DNA of 64,000 nucleotides. It comes from the human T2T-CHM13v2.0 reference genome, Homo sapiens. The translations under genes were made by a program, and so were the position numbers. The notes under the pieces were generated by a model. That model had not been told where the DNA came from and ran no database searches. It saw only the letters and a list, made by a program, of their open reading frames with translations. The stretch lies in NCBI RefSeq assembly GCF_009914755.1, contig NC_060932.1; one strand, 5' to 3'. This document shows positions 18,100-35,706 of this stretch, piece by piece. Every line of letters starts with the position of its first letter. Position 1 is the first letter of the stretch.

Positions 18100-20510
18100 T
18101 ATCAGGGTAGATGGCAGAGTAGAAAGCTCCAGGAAATTGTGCCTTCACCAAAACAATTGAATTAATTGTGTAAGGAACTGTGTGAGACAACTATTTTGGA
18201 ACTCTGAGTATAGAAGAACACTTGTAGCATCCAGGGGCAAAGTCTCTGGTAAATTTCAGAAAATCATGGTCAAGTTCAGCTTTCACATTGTAGCAGCTAC
18301 CATCTTCCACCCTCAACCTCATGGCAGGCAGCTGTCAGTCCACAAGCCTTCCTGGTGCAGCACACTGGAGCCAGGGTGAGCAAAGAGGATTTTCACGTAT
18401 CAGAAGAGAAAGAGAAAGGGGCAGAAAAAATATTTAAAGAAATAATGGAGCAAAACATCCCCGCCAAAAGGAAAGAACTGAATATATGCCACCATGAGCT
18501 CAATGTACTCCAAGCAAGATAAACACTATGAGATTAATGCCAAGATATATTAGAGTCAAACTGTTAAAGCCCAAACATGGAGTGGAGAGCAGGCATAAAT
18601 CCTTCTTTATCAGTAATCACATTGAATGTAAATGGATAACAATTAAAAATGGAAAAAATGTAAATGGATGAAATTCAACTATGAAAAGATAGAGATTAGA
18701 AGATTACATTTAAAAAAACAGGATTCATCTATATGCTGTCTACAAGAGACATACTTTACATATGAGGACAGAAGGGGTTGAAAGTTAAAAGATGGAAAAA
18801 GATATTCTATGCAAATATTAACTAAAAGAGAACCAAGATAGGTATATCATTGTAGATAAAATAAACTTTAAATCAAAAGCAGTTACAAGAGATAAAGGAC
18901 ACTATATATTAATTAAAAGGTTCAATACAGCAAGAAGAGATAACAGATATATATACACCTAACAAAGGTGCCCCAGAATATAAGAAGTAAAAATTGACAG
19001 AGTCAAAGGGAGAAATAGACAGTTCTAAAATAATAATTAGAGACTTAATTACTCCCACTTTCAATAGGGATTAGAACAACTAGAAAGAAGATCAGTAGGA
19101 AATATTGGACTTGAACAACACTGTAAAGCAATTAAACCTAACAGACGTGCAGAATATTCCCACCTAACAACATAATACCCATTCTTGTCAAGTGCACATG
19201 GAACATTTTCCAGGATAGATTATTTGTTAAACCATCAAACAAGTCTTAATAAGTGAAAATATTCAGGTCTTACAGAGTATATTTTCCAGTTACAATAGAA
19301 TAAGAGAAGGATATCCATTTTTACCACTTCTGTTGAATATTGTACTGGAGTTTCTACCCAGGACAATTAGGCAAGAAAAGGAATTAAAAAGCTTCCATGT
19401 TGGAAAGGAAGAAGTGAAATTTTCTCTATTCACAGATGACATGATTTCAAATGTAGAAAATCCTAAGGAATTCACTAAAAAGAACTGATAGAAGTAATGA
19501 GCTTAGCAAGGTTGCAGGGTACAAGGTCAGTATAGAAAAATCAGCTGTATTTCTGTACAATGCAATGAACAATCTGAAAATGAAATTAAACCAATTTTAT
19601 TTACAGTGGCACCAAAAGGAATAAAATACTTAGAAATAAATTTAATAAAACAAGTGTAATACACTCTGAAAACTACAAAACAATGTTGAAAGAGATTAAT
19701 AGGGTTAAGAAGGCAATACTCACCAAATTGATCTGTAGATTCAACATGATTCCTATTAGAATCCCATCTGGCTTCTTTGTAGAATTAACAAGATGATCAT
19801 GGGAATTCATATGTAAACCCAAGAGACCCAGAATAGCCAAAACAGCCTTGAAAAAGAAGAAAGTTATAGGACTCACCCTTTCCAATTTAAAAAAGTGCTA
19901 CAAAGCTACAGTATTCAAGACAGTGTTGACATAAAGATAAACATGTCGACCAATGAAATGTATTAGAAAGCCCTCTAAACCCCTCTATGGTCAGTTGATT
20001 TTCAACAAAGGTACCAAGATCATTCAAGGGGGAAAGAATAATGGTCTTCCACAGATGGTGCTGGGACTACCAGATATCCACATGCAAAATAATAGAGATC
20101 TTTACCTTAAACATATACAAAAATTAACTCAAAATGAATCAGAGACCTAAATGTAAGAGCCAAAAGTATAAAACTCCTAGAATAAAACACAAGAAGAAAT
20201 CTTCCTGACCTTGAATGTGGTGATGGATTCTTAGGTATGACACTAAAAGCATAAGCAATAAAAGGAAAAAAATATTGCACATCATCAAGATTAAGAACTT
20301 TTGTGCTTCAAAAGACACTATCAAGAAAGTGAAAAGTTAACCCACAGAATGGAGGGGAGTATATGCAGATCATATATTTGATAAGAGAGTTACATAGAGA
20401 ATATATAAAAAATTCTTACCACTCAGTAATAAAAAGACAACCTAATTTTTAAAATGGGCAAAGAATCTGAAAAGATTCTTTCTGCAAAGAAGATATACAA
20501 TAAGAGTAAT
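18100..20510 (+). mobile_element. Old, internally deleted L1M (5' region, ORF1 and ORF2 remnants)
   Basis: A-rich strand with degenerate ORF2 motifs (atgctgtctacaagagac, aagtgcacatggaacatt, ctattcacagatgacatg, aaagaagatataca). Confidence 0.85.
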
Positions 20511-20530
20511 GATTAAGATGAAAGGTTTTA

Positions 20531-21155
<625 letters not shown>

Positions 21156-21350
21156 AGGGGGAGGAGGAAATAAAATAATAATGAAATAAAATGAAAAATA
21201 GAATCATATATATCCTACTTCCCTCCCAGAATTGTTACAAGAATCAAATGAGGTAACTTAAGGAAAGTAATTTATAAAATGCAAATTTAATTAATATATA
21301 AAATACAAACATTATAGCAATAAGCATAATTGCCATTATTAAACATTATA

Positions 21351-21661
21351 CTAGTGCCGCCTTATTCAAGGAGGATATATTCCAATACCTCCAGTGGATA
21401 CATAGTACTCAACCTTGTATAAACTGTTTTTGCCTATGCATACATACCTGTGATAAAGGTTAATTTATAAATAAGGCAAAGTAAAGATTAACAACAACAA
21501 TAATAAAGTAGAACAATTATAACAATATACTGTGATAAAAATTATGTGAATGTGGTCTCCTAAAATATCTTATTGTACTGTGCTCACCTATTTTCGTACC
21601 TTGGTGTTCTGAGGATAACTGAAACCACAAAAAACAAAACCGTGGATGAGAGAACACTGTA
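21351..21661 (-). mobile_element. MER44A-like Tigger (TcMar) non-autonomous DNA transposon
   Basis: Matches the reverse complement of MER44A as I recall it (ttatgtgaatgtggtctc, aaaatatcttattgtactgt); TA-flanked. Confidence 0.8.
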
Positions 21662-22100
21662 TTAAATAAATATAATAACATTATATTATGCTTTCCCTCT
21701 TCTAATAGATCAAGCTTACTTTTAAGTTGGTTCTGTTGTCATTTCTAACCATTGGTGTACCAAGTAATCTCTTGTATGTAGTGAGTGCTCAGTAAATGTA
21801 CTAGAAAAAAATTTAACTGAAATAGTGTAATATTTGATATAATATAAAATATTTAGGTAGTATTTTGTTTTCCTGAGAGGGTACCACAGACTGTTTTGAA
21901 TGTCATATCAATAATCTGTTTATTTTGATAAAGGTAACTTAGATAATCCTTACCATTGTATTTATAGCCCAGCACAGTGATAGTTTACAATCTTAACATA
22001 CATCTATCTTTAACTATCAATTTTAGGAGGCCAAGAATTCAGTCGATAAGATATTATCAGTAATAAACTGGTCAAAAAAAGGTGTAAAAACTTGTATGAG

Positions 22101-22395
22101 GGCCGGGCACGGTGGCTCATGCCTGTAATCCCAGCACTTCGGGAGTTCGAGGCGGGTGGATCACAAGGTGAAAAGATCGAGACCATCCTGGCTAATGTGG
22201 TGAAACCCCATCTCTACTAAAAATACAAAAGTTAGCTGGGCATGGTGGCGGACACCTGTAGTCCCAGCTACTCGGGAGGCTGAGGCAGGAGAATCACTTG
22301 AACCCAGGAGGTGGAGGTTGCAGCGAGCTGAGATTGCGCCACTGCCACTCCTGCCTGGCGACAGAGCAAGACTCCATCTCAAAATTAAATTAAAA

Positions 22396-22442
<47 letters not shown>
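22101..22442 (+). mobile_element. AluSc-like with (TAAA)n tail
   Basis: Alu dimer; TSD-like aacttgta. Confidence 0.9.
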
Positions 22443-24206
22443 CTTGTACGATTCCTGTATTGTTTCCTTTGAAGATGTGGTTTGCAATTGAGAAACATTT
22501 TTGAGACAGAAATAAAAGATGAAAAAGGCTTCCATCGGATGGGTCTGTTTCCCTCTTGAGCTCTCCCACACATTGACACAGCATCTCTCATGGACCAGGG
22601 GCAGTGCCGCTGCCTGTCCCCAAGGAAGCTCCCTAAGCCCAGTGCAGGAAGAGAAGCGTGCTAAATAAGATACCCTGCAGACAAGAGAATGACATCGTTG
22701 ATGAAAACAAATTTTTCTATGTTTGTCTTTATTTTAACAAACAGCATTTTGGGTTTGTTAAGTAAAAACCCATTTACATTAATTTTTCAGGTAATAAGTT
22801 TAAGACAAATATACCTAAAGTATAAAATGACTTGAAGTTCTATTTAAAATGAGTTGTCTAAATTATAAATCAGAAAGTCTACACAGTGAAGTTACGAGTG
22901 AAAAGTCCACTTGGTGTTTGTCCTGATTGTTTTTCGGCAGGCTTAGCACAGTGAGCCCCTGGAGAGACTTGGAAGTGTGTGTGGGCACAGTAAGTGACTA
23001 GTTAAAAGTTTATGTTTCAAGTTAGTGTTACCAAACTTGGAGGATGAAGATTTGAAAGTATAATGGCCTAGTACTGACTTCTCTGTAGCCACACACTTTA
23101 CCTTCAGGCAGGGCACACTCAGTAGTCCTCTGTGATAAGGCAGGAAGGTCAGAGTATATTGAGGGGTCTGTCATGAGCGCAGTAGCTGCCCAGCAGCCCT
23201 CAGGCCCTGCAAGATACCCCCCTGCTGAGCCATCACATTTGTAGGGGGCAACATGATGTCGGAGACCAGGGCCAGGTCTATGTTCCATCCTCATCAGCCT
23301 GGAGGAAGGTGACAGGAGTAAGTTGGAGGAGAAGCAAAGTCTGGGAGGCTTCATTCCTGCCCCGGATGTTTTCCTCTTTGGACTGCAGCCTCTGGTAGCT
23401 GTAGAGATGCAGTTTTCCTGCTCAGGCCACCAGTCTCACTTTTGGAAGACCAATAATTGTGCATATGTTTCTGACTCTGCTTATTGTAGTGTTTCTCGTA
23501 GGCAGGTAGTTGAATCTCACCTTAGGGTATTATTTTGATGTTAGCATATGATACACGCCCTGCTATAGTTCTGCTGTGCCTTGGTTGCTATGTGACATTC
23601 TGAGGTTTTTGCTGTCCTTGTTGCCCTAATTTCTTTGTTTGTGAAAATAAGCAGCGTCATTCAAGAGAAATTATGCTTCCTCTGTAAAACAGACTTTTAA
23701 TCCAAGAATGTTCCTACTGCTTTAAGAATTCAAAGCATTGTCTTTTAACCAGCCTTGCACATTTATCTATTTTAGCTGAGGTTTGTTCTGTTTGAAGCTA
23801 AACTAAGCTTAGTGCTTGCCTCTATGTGGTAATAATTAAAGTTGGGCTTTATGATTTCTGAGGACAATATTTCTTGGTCTTACTTTGTTGATTCTTTTAT
23901 GTTTGTAATGTCAGTTTCATCTTTCTTGTGGTCATTGTCTTCCAAAAATCCTTTTATTGCCAGTCAGTGTGAATCCTTTTGTTCTGAATGCCTACATAAA
24001 TTTTTGACTGGAAGTTCAATTTAGGATATTTTGTGGATTTTAGAAAAACACTTTTCAATTCATTTGATTTGTTTTTTTCCCTTTTTATTCTCAGTTGCAT
24101 TATTCAAATAATATAATCTGTTCTTATCTTGTGCCATCTCCAGTTTTACTTCTGCTTCTACAACCTTGTGACATCAAAACATCCAACCATTAAAACATGT
24201 TCTACA

Positions 24207-24520
24207 GGCCGGATGTGGTGGCTCACGCCTGTAATCTCAGCACTTTTGGAGGCTGAGGCGGGTGGATCACTTGAGGTCAGGAGCAAGACCAGCCAGGCCA
24301 ACATGGCAAAACCCCATCTCTACTAAAAATACTAAAAAATAAAAATAAAAAAAAATAAAAACAAAAATTACTTGGGCGTAGTGGCAGGCACCTGTAATCC
24401 CAGCTCCTCTGGAGGCTGAGGCAGGAGAATTGCTTGAACCCGGGAGGCAGCCTGGGCGACAGAGTAAGACTCGATCTTGAGAAGAGGAGAGGGGAGGGGA
24501 GGGGAGGGGAGGAGAGGGAA
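24207..24520 (+). mobile_element. AluS with internal deletion and (GAGGG)n purine tail
   Basis: The right arm jumps gggaggcag|cctgggcgac; the middle A region is expanded. Confidence 0.85.
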
Positions 24521-25082
24521 AGTTTTACATATGAACAGTGTCAACTTTTATCAAGGCAATCTGTATTATGGTGACCATTACTAGAATTCCTTTTTATACC
24601 TTTTAAAGTACACTATTGGCTTTCTGCTTTTGCTGATTTGTGATGATCTGAATCTATTTACAGATTATTATTCATGTGAATAATTACTATGATGTTTCTT
24701 GATTTTTTTTTAACTTTGTCAGCATTTTCAGTTCAACTAGAATTTTTAAACCAGAAAACAAAACAGAACCCCTGAGCTGTTATTGCTGATGTGATTGGTT
24801 CTTCATCCTATCCTGAGTCAGGTTATTCTTCCCAGAACTCTAATAAAAATTAGCCTAAGTAGAAATCGAGTCATTTATTCTGACCCCTGCTTGTCTTGGG
24901 AATTGCCACTTCATCTTTTTGTTTCTAAGTGTCTTGTTTTCTTTGAAGGTGGTCCCCACCATTCAGGTTTGTGGTTATTGACATCCTAGAAATGAAGTTG
25001 GCTTTGTTACCTGTGTGTTTGGAAATTTATACATTTCTGATTTAAAAGAATACACTAAATATTTCTTAACTTCTGTAGTTAA

Positions 25083-26465
<1,383 letters not shown>

Positions 26466-27173
26466 TAAATATCATTTTTATAAAGCAGTCTAATGGATCA
26501 AATACCTTCATATCCATTATTGCCTTAAAATGCTCTAATATAAATATCGTTATACCTGTATACAAGATAAAATGGATTCCATTAGTTTAGGTGATATTAT
26601 GGCTTGTATGTGACAAAACTGAGACTTGAATTCGTGTCTTTAGAATTCATGTTCTGTATTTGACCTGCCATACAACAGTACCACTCCAAATAGTTTTCAC
26701 CTGGAGAAAAATGTGTAATGGTGAATTGGATGTTTATTATAAAATGTGCGTATTGTTGGCATGACTTATTGATTCCACAGATGAGATGCTTAGGAGCCTT
26801 TGTCAAATCAGTCAAGTGAAGAAAGATGTTCTTCAAATTGTGATTTTCTCTGCAGCAATTGAGCTGTGGGCCTAGAGACTTAAGTTATGATTTTTACATT
26901 TTTCTTCTATCTCATGGAGTGAGATCTTTATTGTTAGTTAGAAAGCTAGAAAGTTAAACTGTTCATGTCAACAAGTTCATGCATTAAAATCCTATAGCTG
27001 TCCTGAGTACAGAAATCAACCTGATGTCATGGAACACCAAGCAGTTCCTGCCAGGACTGGCAAAGTGGACAGGCTCCATAGAAAGGTTTCTTGTCATTTA
27101 CCCTACATCCTATCCTGAGAGTTGAGTAGCTGTTTCATCAGCCAAAAAGGGTAAACTTGAGATGTGTGCTCGG

Positions 27174-27414
27174 TACAGTTGCATCTTAAACAACATGGAT
27201 TTGAACTGTGTGGGTCCACTTGTACACAGATTTTTTTCAATAAATAAAGGTGGCCCACCGTATTGGTGGGTTCTGCATCCACAACCAAATGCAGATCAAA
27301 ATACAGTATTCGCAGGCATCCTGTGTGTATGGAGGACCAGCTTGAGAAAGTGCAGATTTTTGTATCCGCGGGGATCCTGGAAGCAATCCCTTGTAGACAT
27401 CTAGGAACAACTAT
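27174..27414 (-). mobile_element. MER8/Tigger2-derived MITE
   Basis: ta-cagttg...caacta-ta termini; internal tttgaactgtgtgggtccactt and aaaatacagtattcgc. Confidence 0.75.
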
Positions 27415-27465
27415 ACTTAAGTAAAATTAGGTAGAGGTAAATGGTCTTGTGTGGGTTTTTTTTAA

Positions 27466-27655
27466 GAGTAGTAATACTCAAAATGTGGTTGTGGGTCCAA
27501 TAGCATCAACATAACCTTGGAACTTGTTAAAAATGCACATTAGGGGGCCCCACCCCAGACCTGCTGAATCAAAGTCTGGAGGTGGGACCCGGCAACCTGT
27601 TTCAACAAGGCTGTGATTCTGATTCCTGCAAACATTTGAAAATATCTGCTCTAGA
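27466..27655. mobile_element. MER5A/B (hAT-Charlie)
   Basis: gaacttgttaaaaatgca...ggccccaccccagacctgctgaatca. Confidence 0.8.
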
Positions 27656-27921
27656 GTCACACTGGGAGATATAAGGCTGTAAGATAAAGATTTATGGTTG
27701 GCCTGGGAAGAGTAGTGCTGGCAAGAGTGGGAATGTATTTAGATTTGTATTCAGGAGTTGCTTTATAACTCAGGGTTGGAATGATAACTTAAAGACTAAT
27801 CATAACTGATACTAAGGTATTCAGTTTTCTTTCAAGACTACACTATGCACTTCACTTGTTAATACATACATTTGAATCTCATTATAAAGGTTGCTACTCA
27901 TGATTTTCAAAAAACATAATC

Positions 27922-28258
<337 letters not shown>

Positions 28259-29111
28259 TCATATGTATGGAAACTCAGCCATAGCGCTATGCTACTACTG
28301 ACCTAGTAACAAGGTGCTTCAATGAAGCCAAATGTCTGAAACTTGTTACTTTTGAGTGCTAGACTCATAAACCAAACCCTGTAGACAGATCCTACTGCCA
28401 TAGTGTGAATCTAAATTAGAAAAAAATGCATTTATTTACTATATTGTTCACTTTCATACATGAATAAATCATATAAAATATGGTCTGTTCCTCAGTGTTG
28501 TATTTATTCTGATAAAAAGGGAATTAGACAAGTACACTTGGGGAATTTTAAAGTAGCACATACAATCATAAATGCCAGTCTTTTATAGTCAATATTTTTA
28601 TCAGTTTCTTAGTTATATGTAACTGTCTGACTTGGGTAGGAAGGTAGAGAAACACCTTTGAATGAAGTCTTGTCAAATAAGAAGCTGAAAATAAAAGGAA
28701 TATGAGGCTTAAACTTCTTATTTCTGAAATTATCTTTATGCTTCAGTTTAGAGTCATTTTCTAAGACTTGTATTTTTAAAGTTTTATTAGAGTAAATCTG
28801 ATTTTTGGTGAGGAGGAGTGGTACCCAGTCACTAAATGGCTGGGAAGGTGGGCAGAATATTTTGCTATTTTAACAAATCCATTAGTAGCAAGCACTATTG
28901 ACATTGCCTTGTCAGAGTCATATTTCATGCTGGTGTACTGATGCAGGTGTCCAAAGTCACAAACAGAGGTGGTGTCAAAGCCTGTGAATTTAGCACTGAA
29001 AGTCACTGAGATATCGTAGCCCTTTTCAAATCCAGTCAGTCAAAAAGAATTTACTAAGTAACTAGAATGTGATTTATTGTCTGTCTTGAGAACCAGAATT
29101 ATGATAACCCC

Positions 29112-29312
29112 ACAGAATTTTCTGCATTGATGGAAATGTTCTATTTTTTGTGCTGTCCACTATGGTAGTCACTAGCCACACTGAATACCAGAAATCTGGG
29201 TCATGCAACCCAGGAACTGCATTTTAAAATTATTTTATTTCATTTTACTTTATTTCATTTAAATATGATTAGCTACATGGCCCAGTGGCTACCTTACTGG
29301 CCAACACAATGT
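29112..29312. mobile_element. MER3 (hAT-Charlie)
   Basis: gatggaaatgttcta...gctgtccactatggtagtcactagccaca...gtggctacc. Confidence 0.7.
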
Positions 29313-31640
29313 AGAAGGTGGCTTTCAAGGTTCTGTCACCACAGGGACCCTTGTACAGTACATATAAATCTTTCCATGGTAACTTGCCAAACTGCCTAAC
29401 ACTTGATAACTGTCAGCAGATAGAGAAGCATAGTTTCCTCTACCCCACCATCCCCACCCCCAACCCAATTTCATGCCTTCATGTGAGCCCCATCTAATCG
29501 TGTGCCTGGCTAGCCAACTGCCCCGTCAGTTTGTGTCCCTTCCCTTTCCCATATGTTGGTTCCTCCAGGGTTGATTGTGGCAGGATCTTCCTTACCCATA
29601 TCCAAGTAGGGAGTCCTGTCCTCCCTCCTGGGAGATGGTCTGGTATCTTGGAAAGAGAACAGACTGGCTTTGAAGCCAGTTGGTTTGTATTACAGCCCTG
29701 TCATGGACTAGGACTAGTGGTATACAATTAGTTGGTTGTTATTTAACCTCCTCCGAAGATGGGAATAGTCATGTTTACCCTGTGGGGTTGTTGTGAAGAG
29801 GACTAAGAGCATAGCAAGTGAATTAAAGCCATCAGACTCTAACCAGCTAGTATGGGTAGCAAAGAAGGCTCAGTGTAAATGTTGTGTATATGAGCAGGTG
29901 ATGGAAAAGTGATATCCACTGCTAATGATTGTGATTCTTTTTAATATTTAGGAGGATAAAGATAATAGGTTTTGAGTAAGTAACACTAAATAACCCTAGT
30001 TTTTGCTAAACAATAGACAACAACTAATTTGAAATTGCTGAAGGTATAATTCACAGTAGTGACAGCAGCAGTGCCGACCATCCTTCCCACTGAGCCCTTG
30101 CACGTGGGAAGCTCTTCTCGGAACTCTGCATCAATTCATTAATTTCATTTTCACAAGAAATCTGTGTAGTGCTTACATCTACTCTGAATGCTCCCGATTT
30201 ATAAAAACCGAGTCACAAAGACATTAAATTTGTCCACAGCCACACAGCTTGTAAGTGGCAAAGCCAGGATTTAATTCCAGAGTTTTTAGGTCAAAAACCT
30301 ATACGTCCTCTCCTTCCTCCCATGTCATCGTGTGCTGTGCATTAGATTCTCACGTGCTTGGTCACATGCCACCCAGCGTTTTTATTCTAAGCCTTTATTT
30401 TAAATTTATGCCATTCTTAGATGCCTACATTAAAACACCCGGGACTCAGTTGTTACAAGGTCTGGTTTATCTGTTTCAAATGTACTCTCCTGCCTTCCTC
30501 TATTCCCTGTAAATGTGAATGTGTGTTTATCCATTAATTTAGTAAACATCTGTTGAGACCCTTGCACATGTCAGATACTGTGAAGTACCTAATAAAAAAG
30601 AAAGGCAAAAAAAGAAACAGCTGTTGTATTCTAGAAGTTCAGTTTTTAGTTGTAGAGGCAGACCCTTGAACATGACAGTGTGGAAAGCACCATTGGAGCA
30701 CAGAGAAAAGAGCAACTTTTCCCAGGAAACTGGAAGAAGGAATGACATTCATTCCAAAATCATTGATTTTCCAGGCACTGGTGAGCCACCCAGCCAAAGC
30801 CCCTTCTCTCACAGAGGCAACATTCTAGAAGGGACTTAATTAACATGATTAAGTCCATCTTCTGTCTCCCGTGTAGAAGGCCATATTCTTTCTATTGCAG
30901 CACCGGTAACCTACTGTGTTTTGTTGTTTCCTGGTATATGTCTCTCTATGAACTTGAAGCCCTCTCAGCTAGCCCCCACCCAGAGATCCTAGTTTATTTT
31001 TTATTTTCAGTAAATCTAGTGAAAAACCCAGTCATTTTCATTTTCAAAGTGATTTTAACTCATAGTCTAAATTGAAAAATAATGTTTTCCTAAGTAGATA
31101 TTAGTAAGTTTGCAAAGCTAGAATTAAACGAGGGCTTTCTTTGATTCCCCAGTTATAAGTGGGGTCATGTTTTTGAGTGAAAGGCTGGGTTTTCTCCCCC
31201 AAATTAATGAGTCAGTTAAAAAATATACACCTGTAGCATGATCACCACAGTATCTCTCCCTGTATAAGGCGCTCCAGCATAGTAGCCCTGCTGGACAGAC
31301 AGAAGATGCATCTACCATCCAGCTTCAGCCTTTGGCCAGTGGGTCCCAGAGTTGAAACTGAATTGTAAACGACATTATCCCAAGCATGCCTTCCATGAAA
31401 AGAAAAATGTAGATTATATTTTCTGACAACTTCAGTTCTCAATCTATCCCCCTTTAGATAGCTAACCATTAAAAGAGGGAAGGAAAAAAGGGAGGAGAAG
31501 GAAGGAAGAAAAAAATTTCTATTTGCCTTTGTTTTCTTTCTGTCACTGCATTAATACCTATTAATCCACTAATCCTCTTTGCCACTCTCCACAGACGAAA
31601 ACACATTCTTCCTTGACAGTAAACAAGCAAATCGATCCTA

Positions 31641-31966
<326 letters not shown>

Positions 31967-32556
31967 CTGCTTGTTTTTTAAGGTAGTTATAGTAATCTAC
32001 ATGTTAGTTACATTGTCCCTATCTACATATTCAGTGTAAAATGTATTCTTGATTTAATTTGTTGCTAAGCACAGAAAAAAATCAAGAAAACCTAACTAGT
32101 AGGAAAATAAAAGTAAACATCTTTCGTGAAACTGGGAATTCCTAAAACAAGTTGCTAGGAGGGTATTTCACCGTTGACAGTGCTGATAGTGATAGAAAAT
32201 GAAAAGATGTTTCACATGGTTTTCCTTCTTTGGTCTTTTAGTCTCAATTACTTTTTCTTAAGTCTATTAAATTGTTCCCTGTTTAATTGAGTTCCACGTA
32301 TATAACATTCTCAGGTGAGAAGTGGAAATAGTTCTTAATGCAAAGCGTTTGTTTAGGCAGCCATTTCTGAGATGTAATCAGAAAACATTTTGACACATTG
32401 TCATTTTTATTGATCATACAATATTCTCTATTTTTTAAAAAAAGCAGCCAGGTGTGGTGACACATTCCTGTAATCCTAACACTTTCGGAGGCAGAGGCTG
32501 AAGGGTCACTTGTTGTCTGGGCAACATAGCAAGACTCCATTAAACAACAACAACAA

Positions 32557-32558
<2 letters not shown>

Positions 32559-32605
<47 letters not shown>

Positions 32606-32668
32606 TTTTAAAAGCTTTCCACCAGACACACACACACACACGTATATTTTTAAAAGCTTTCCACCAGA
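32559..32668 (+). repeat. (CA)n microsatellite, about 22 units, with a tandemly duplicated flank, at the tail of an Alu monomer fragment (about 32445-32558)
   Basis: (CA)n-TATTTTTAAAAGCTTTCCACCAGA occurs twice. Confidence 0.9.
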
Positions 32669-32788
32669 AACTCTAGCACTTAGACTTCACTGAAGACTGT
32701 TATGTCTAGTTTTTTTTGTGTAGTTTATTTGTGTGTGTAACTCTTCCACATTTTAGCCTGTCCTACCACTATGGCCACCAACTTCTCA

Positions 32789-33118
<330 letters not shown>

Positions 33119-35285
33119 TTATCACGTGAGATTTAACAACTTAGGTTTTGTTCTTAGTTTCAGTTCAATCTTCACAAAAGCTAAACATGCTGAATGTTCA
33201 GTCTCAATCTATACATGCTATATCAACGTGCTTTTTGTTTGTCATATAACATTTGTGACAATGAGATCTGTAGAGAGATTGTAAAGGCCACACCACGTGG
33301 TGTTGGATTGATTGCAGCATAAAAAGAAATGGAAAGTTCATGCTATCTAGATAGATAGCACTGGTACTATAGATATGAATGTTTAAAAGATGTGATTTCC
33401 TCTGCCTGCTAATAAAGGAAACAGAACATGAATTTTTTCTGCAGAAACTTGATGATGTGATAGTGTGGCATGCTGATTACATTGACTCCAAAGTGCAGTC
33501 CTTGTCCCTGGGCAGTGCCCATGTGCTCCCTTCCTCTCCCTTCACACACCCACAGCACACTTTGTCCTGCCTCTCCTGGGAAGCCTCCTAGCAGCTCCCA
33601 GAGGGGCCGCCCTTGGAGCATCACATCCGAGTCACAACCTTTTCCTTTACAGTGAAACTGTCCTCTTAGCAGCCTTGTTGTCCTGGACTGGATTCCCAGT
33701 CCCCTGTCACCGTGTCCGCTGTGTCACAAGTGGTCATTAAAGGGAGAGTGGAATGAACCAAATGGACCTGGAGATGGATTTCAAGATCTTTCCCATATCC
33801 ATTTGCCTCACAAATCTATTTGATTTGTGCTATTATGTGACTTGATTTCCCAGATCATATAGATCATATCATATTTAGTCACGTTATATTTGTGACTAAA
33901 ATTTCAGGCTTTTCACATTATGCTGAATCATACTTTAAACTCATTCAGATTCCCTAATTCAGAAACTATGATCTTTTGGATCTACTTAGATTAATGCTTA
34001 CCTGTGTAGTTATCTTTGGGGGATAAAGGAGACTTGTGAGTATATGAGAAGAATGGACAAGATTTCAAATATATGTTTACCTTAAATTAGAGAATTAAGT
34101 ATTTTCAATAACATTTCTGCAGAAACAGGTAATATGCTAATCAAAACTTGCTTGTATCTGTTTTAAGAGGCTTACTGTATTTTCTGTATCCTAAGGACCA
34201 TCATTTTGTTACTTAATAAGGTTTAAAGCAACAAACTAAATTTCCTTATGAATAATTTCTGTTCTAGACTAATTTAATTTGAGTAACTTGAGTTGGGAAG
34301 AATGGCCTTAACACCTTGGACTGGGCAGAACATACATAGTTCTAATATTGGTATGTTTATCTGCAAACTAGGAGGTTCTAAATACACACATACACTTTAC
34401 CTACTGCTTCCTTCTTCTTAGCTGTTAAAACAGTATTACTTTATCATATCTTTAAAAAATTAACTTGAATCAAAAAGCTAGAAGTTTATAACACCTTTCA
34501 TCCACCTGACAGTGTGCATCAGATCTGCAGTCAGCCCCAGGCAGTGCCAGACACTGCACCCACCGTACCCTTTTATTCTCCTGTGGCTTTCTCTGCCTTT
34601 CCCCCTCCCACTCCATCTGCCCCTGCCCTTCCTTTCTCTCTTTCTCACAACTTTTTTCCTTATCTCTGGGTTACCATACCTATCGGCTATTGGCTTAAAA
34701 TAATATTATGTCAAGTTTGTATTGGAAAAATTATATGGAAATTTATTAGGTATTAGATACTAAGAAAAAAATGTATCTAGGATAAATGACAATTAGAGAA
34801 TGAGACTCTACCTCTTGAAAAGAAATCATGGGAGTATAAGCTTTACGTATAATTAATCATATGCCTCCGTGTTAGGCAAGTTGAGCCCAGAACATAGTAC
34901 GTGAAGTTAAAAATAAGCATTTTATCTTCTATCAGGGAAATTTGAGTACTAGAAATTTTGCATAAAGCCAAAACTTAAGTTTGTGTAACTAGTACTGATA
35001 ATTGGACAGAAATTAGATACTGACCATTGTTAATTGGTGTTTTTTCTTAATATATGGAAGTCTTAAAGACTGGAAAACTCATGAACATAAAATGACTAGT
35101 GGGATGATTGAGAGGAATGTTGTTTTAGATTGATTAATGTTATACAATGTCTATTTTTTATTAAATTTTTTATTTTTAGATAATTGTAGATTTACATTTA
35201 GTTGTACAAAATAATACAGACAGATCAACTTCCTTCTTTCTCCTTTCCCTACCCCCACCCCACAACCTAAACCCCTGGCAACCAC

Positions 35286-35706
35286 TGTCTTATTTTCTGT
35301 TGCTTATAACAGAATACCTGAAACTGGGTAACTTATAAAGAAGAGGGATTTATTTCTTACACTTATGGAGCCTGAATTTATTTCTTACACTTATGGAGGT
35401 CGAGGGGTTGCATCTGGTGAGGGCCTTCTTGCTGGTGGAGACTCTGCAGAGTCTTGAGATGGCACCACCATTACATGGCAAGAGAGCTGAGCATGCTAGG
35501 TCAGGTCTCTCTACCTCTTGTAAAACCGCCAATCCCACTCCCATGATAACCCATTAGTCCATTAATTCATGAGTGGATTAATCCATTCATGAGAGCAGAG
35601 CCCTCATGACCCAGTCATCTCTTTAAGGCTCCACCTCTCAATACTGCCACATTGGGGATTAAGCTTCAACATGAGTTTTGGAGGGGCACATATTCAAAAC
35701 ATAGCA
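35286..35706. mobile_element. MaLR solo LTR (MST type)
   Basis: TG...CA termini, gggtaacttataaagaag and cattggggattaagcttcaacatgagttttggagggg; near-TSD accac/accaa; 23-bp internal duplication. Confidence 0.85.

Noticed and set aside
23028-23538. Divergent 108-aa and 71-aa ORFs in unique sequence
   Set aside because: No homology recognised and no convincing splice-site pair.
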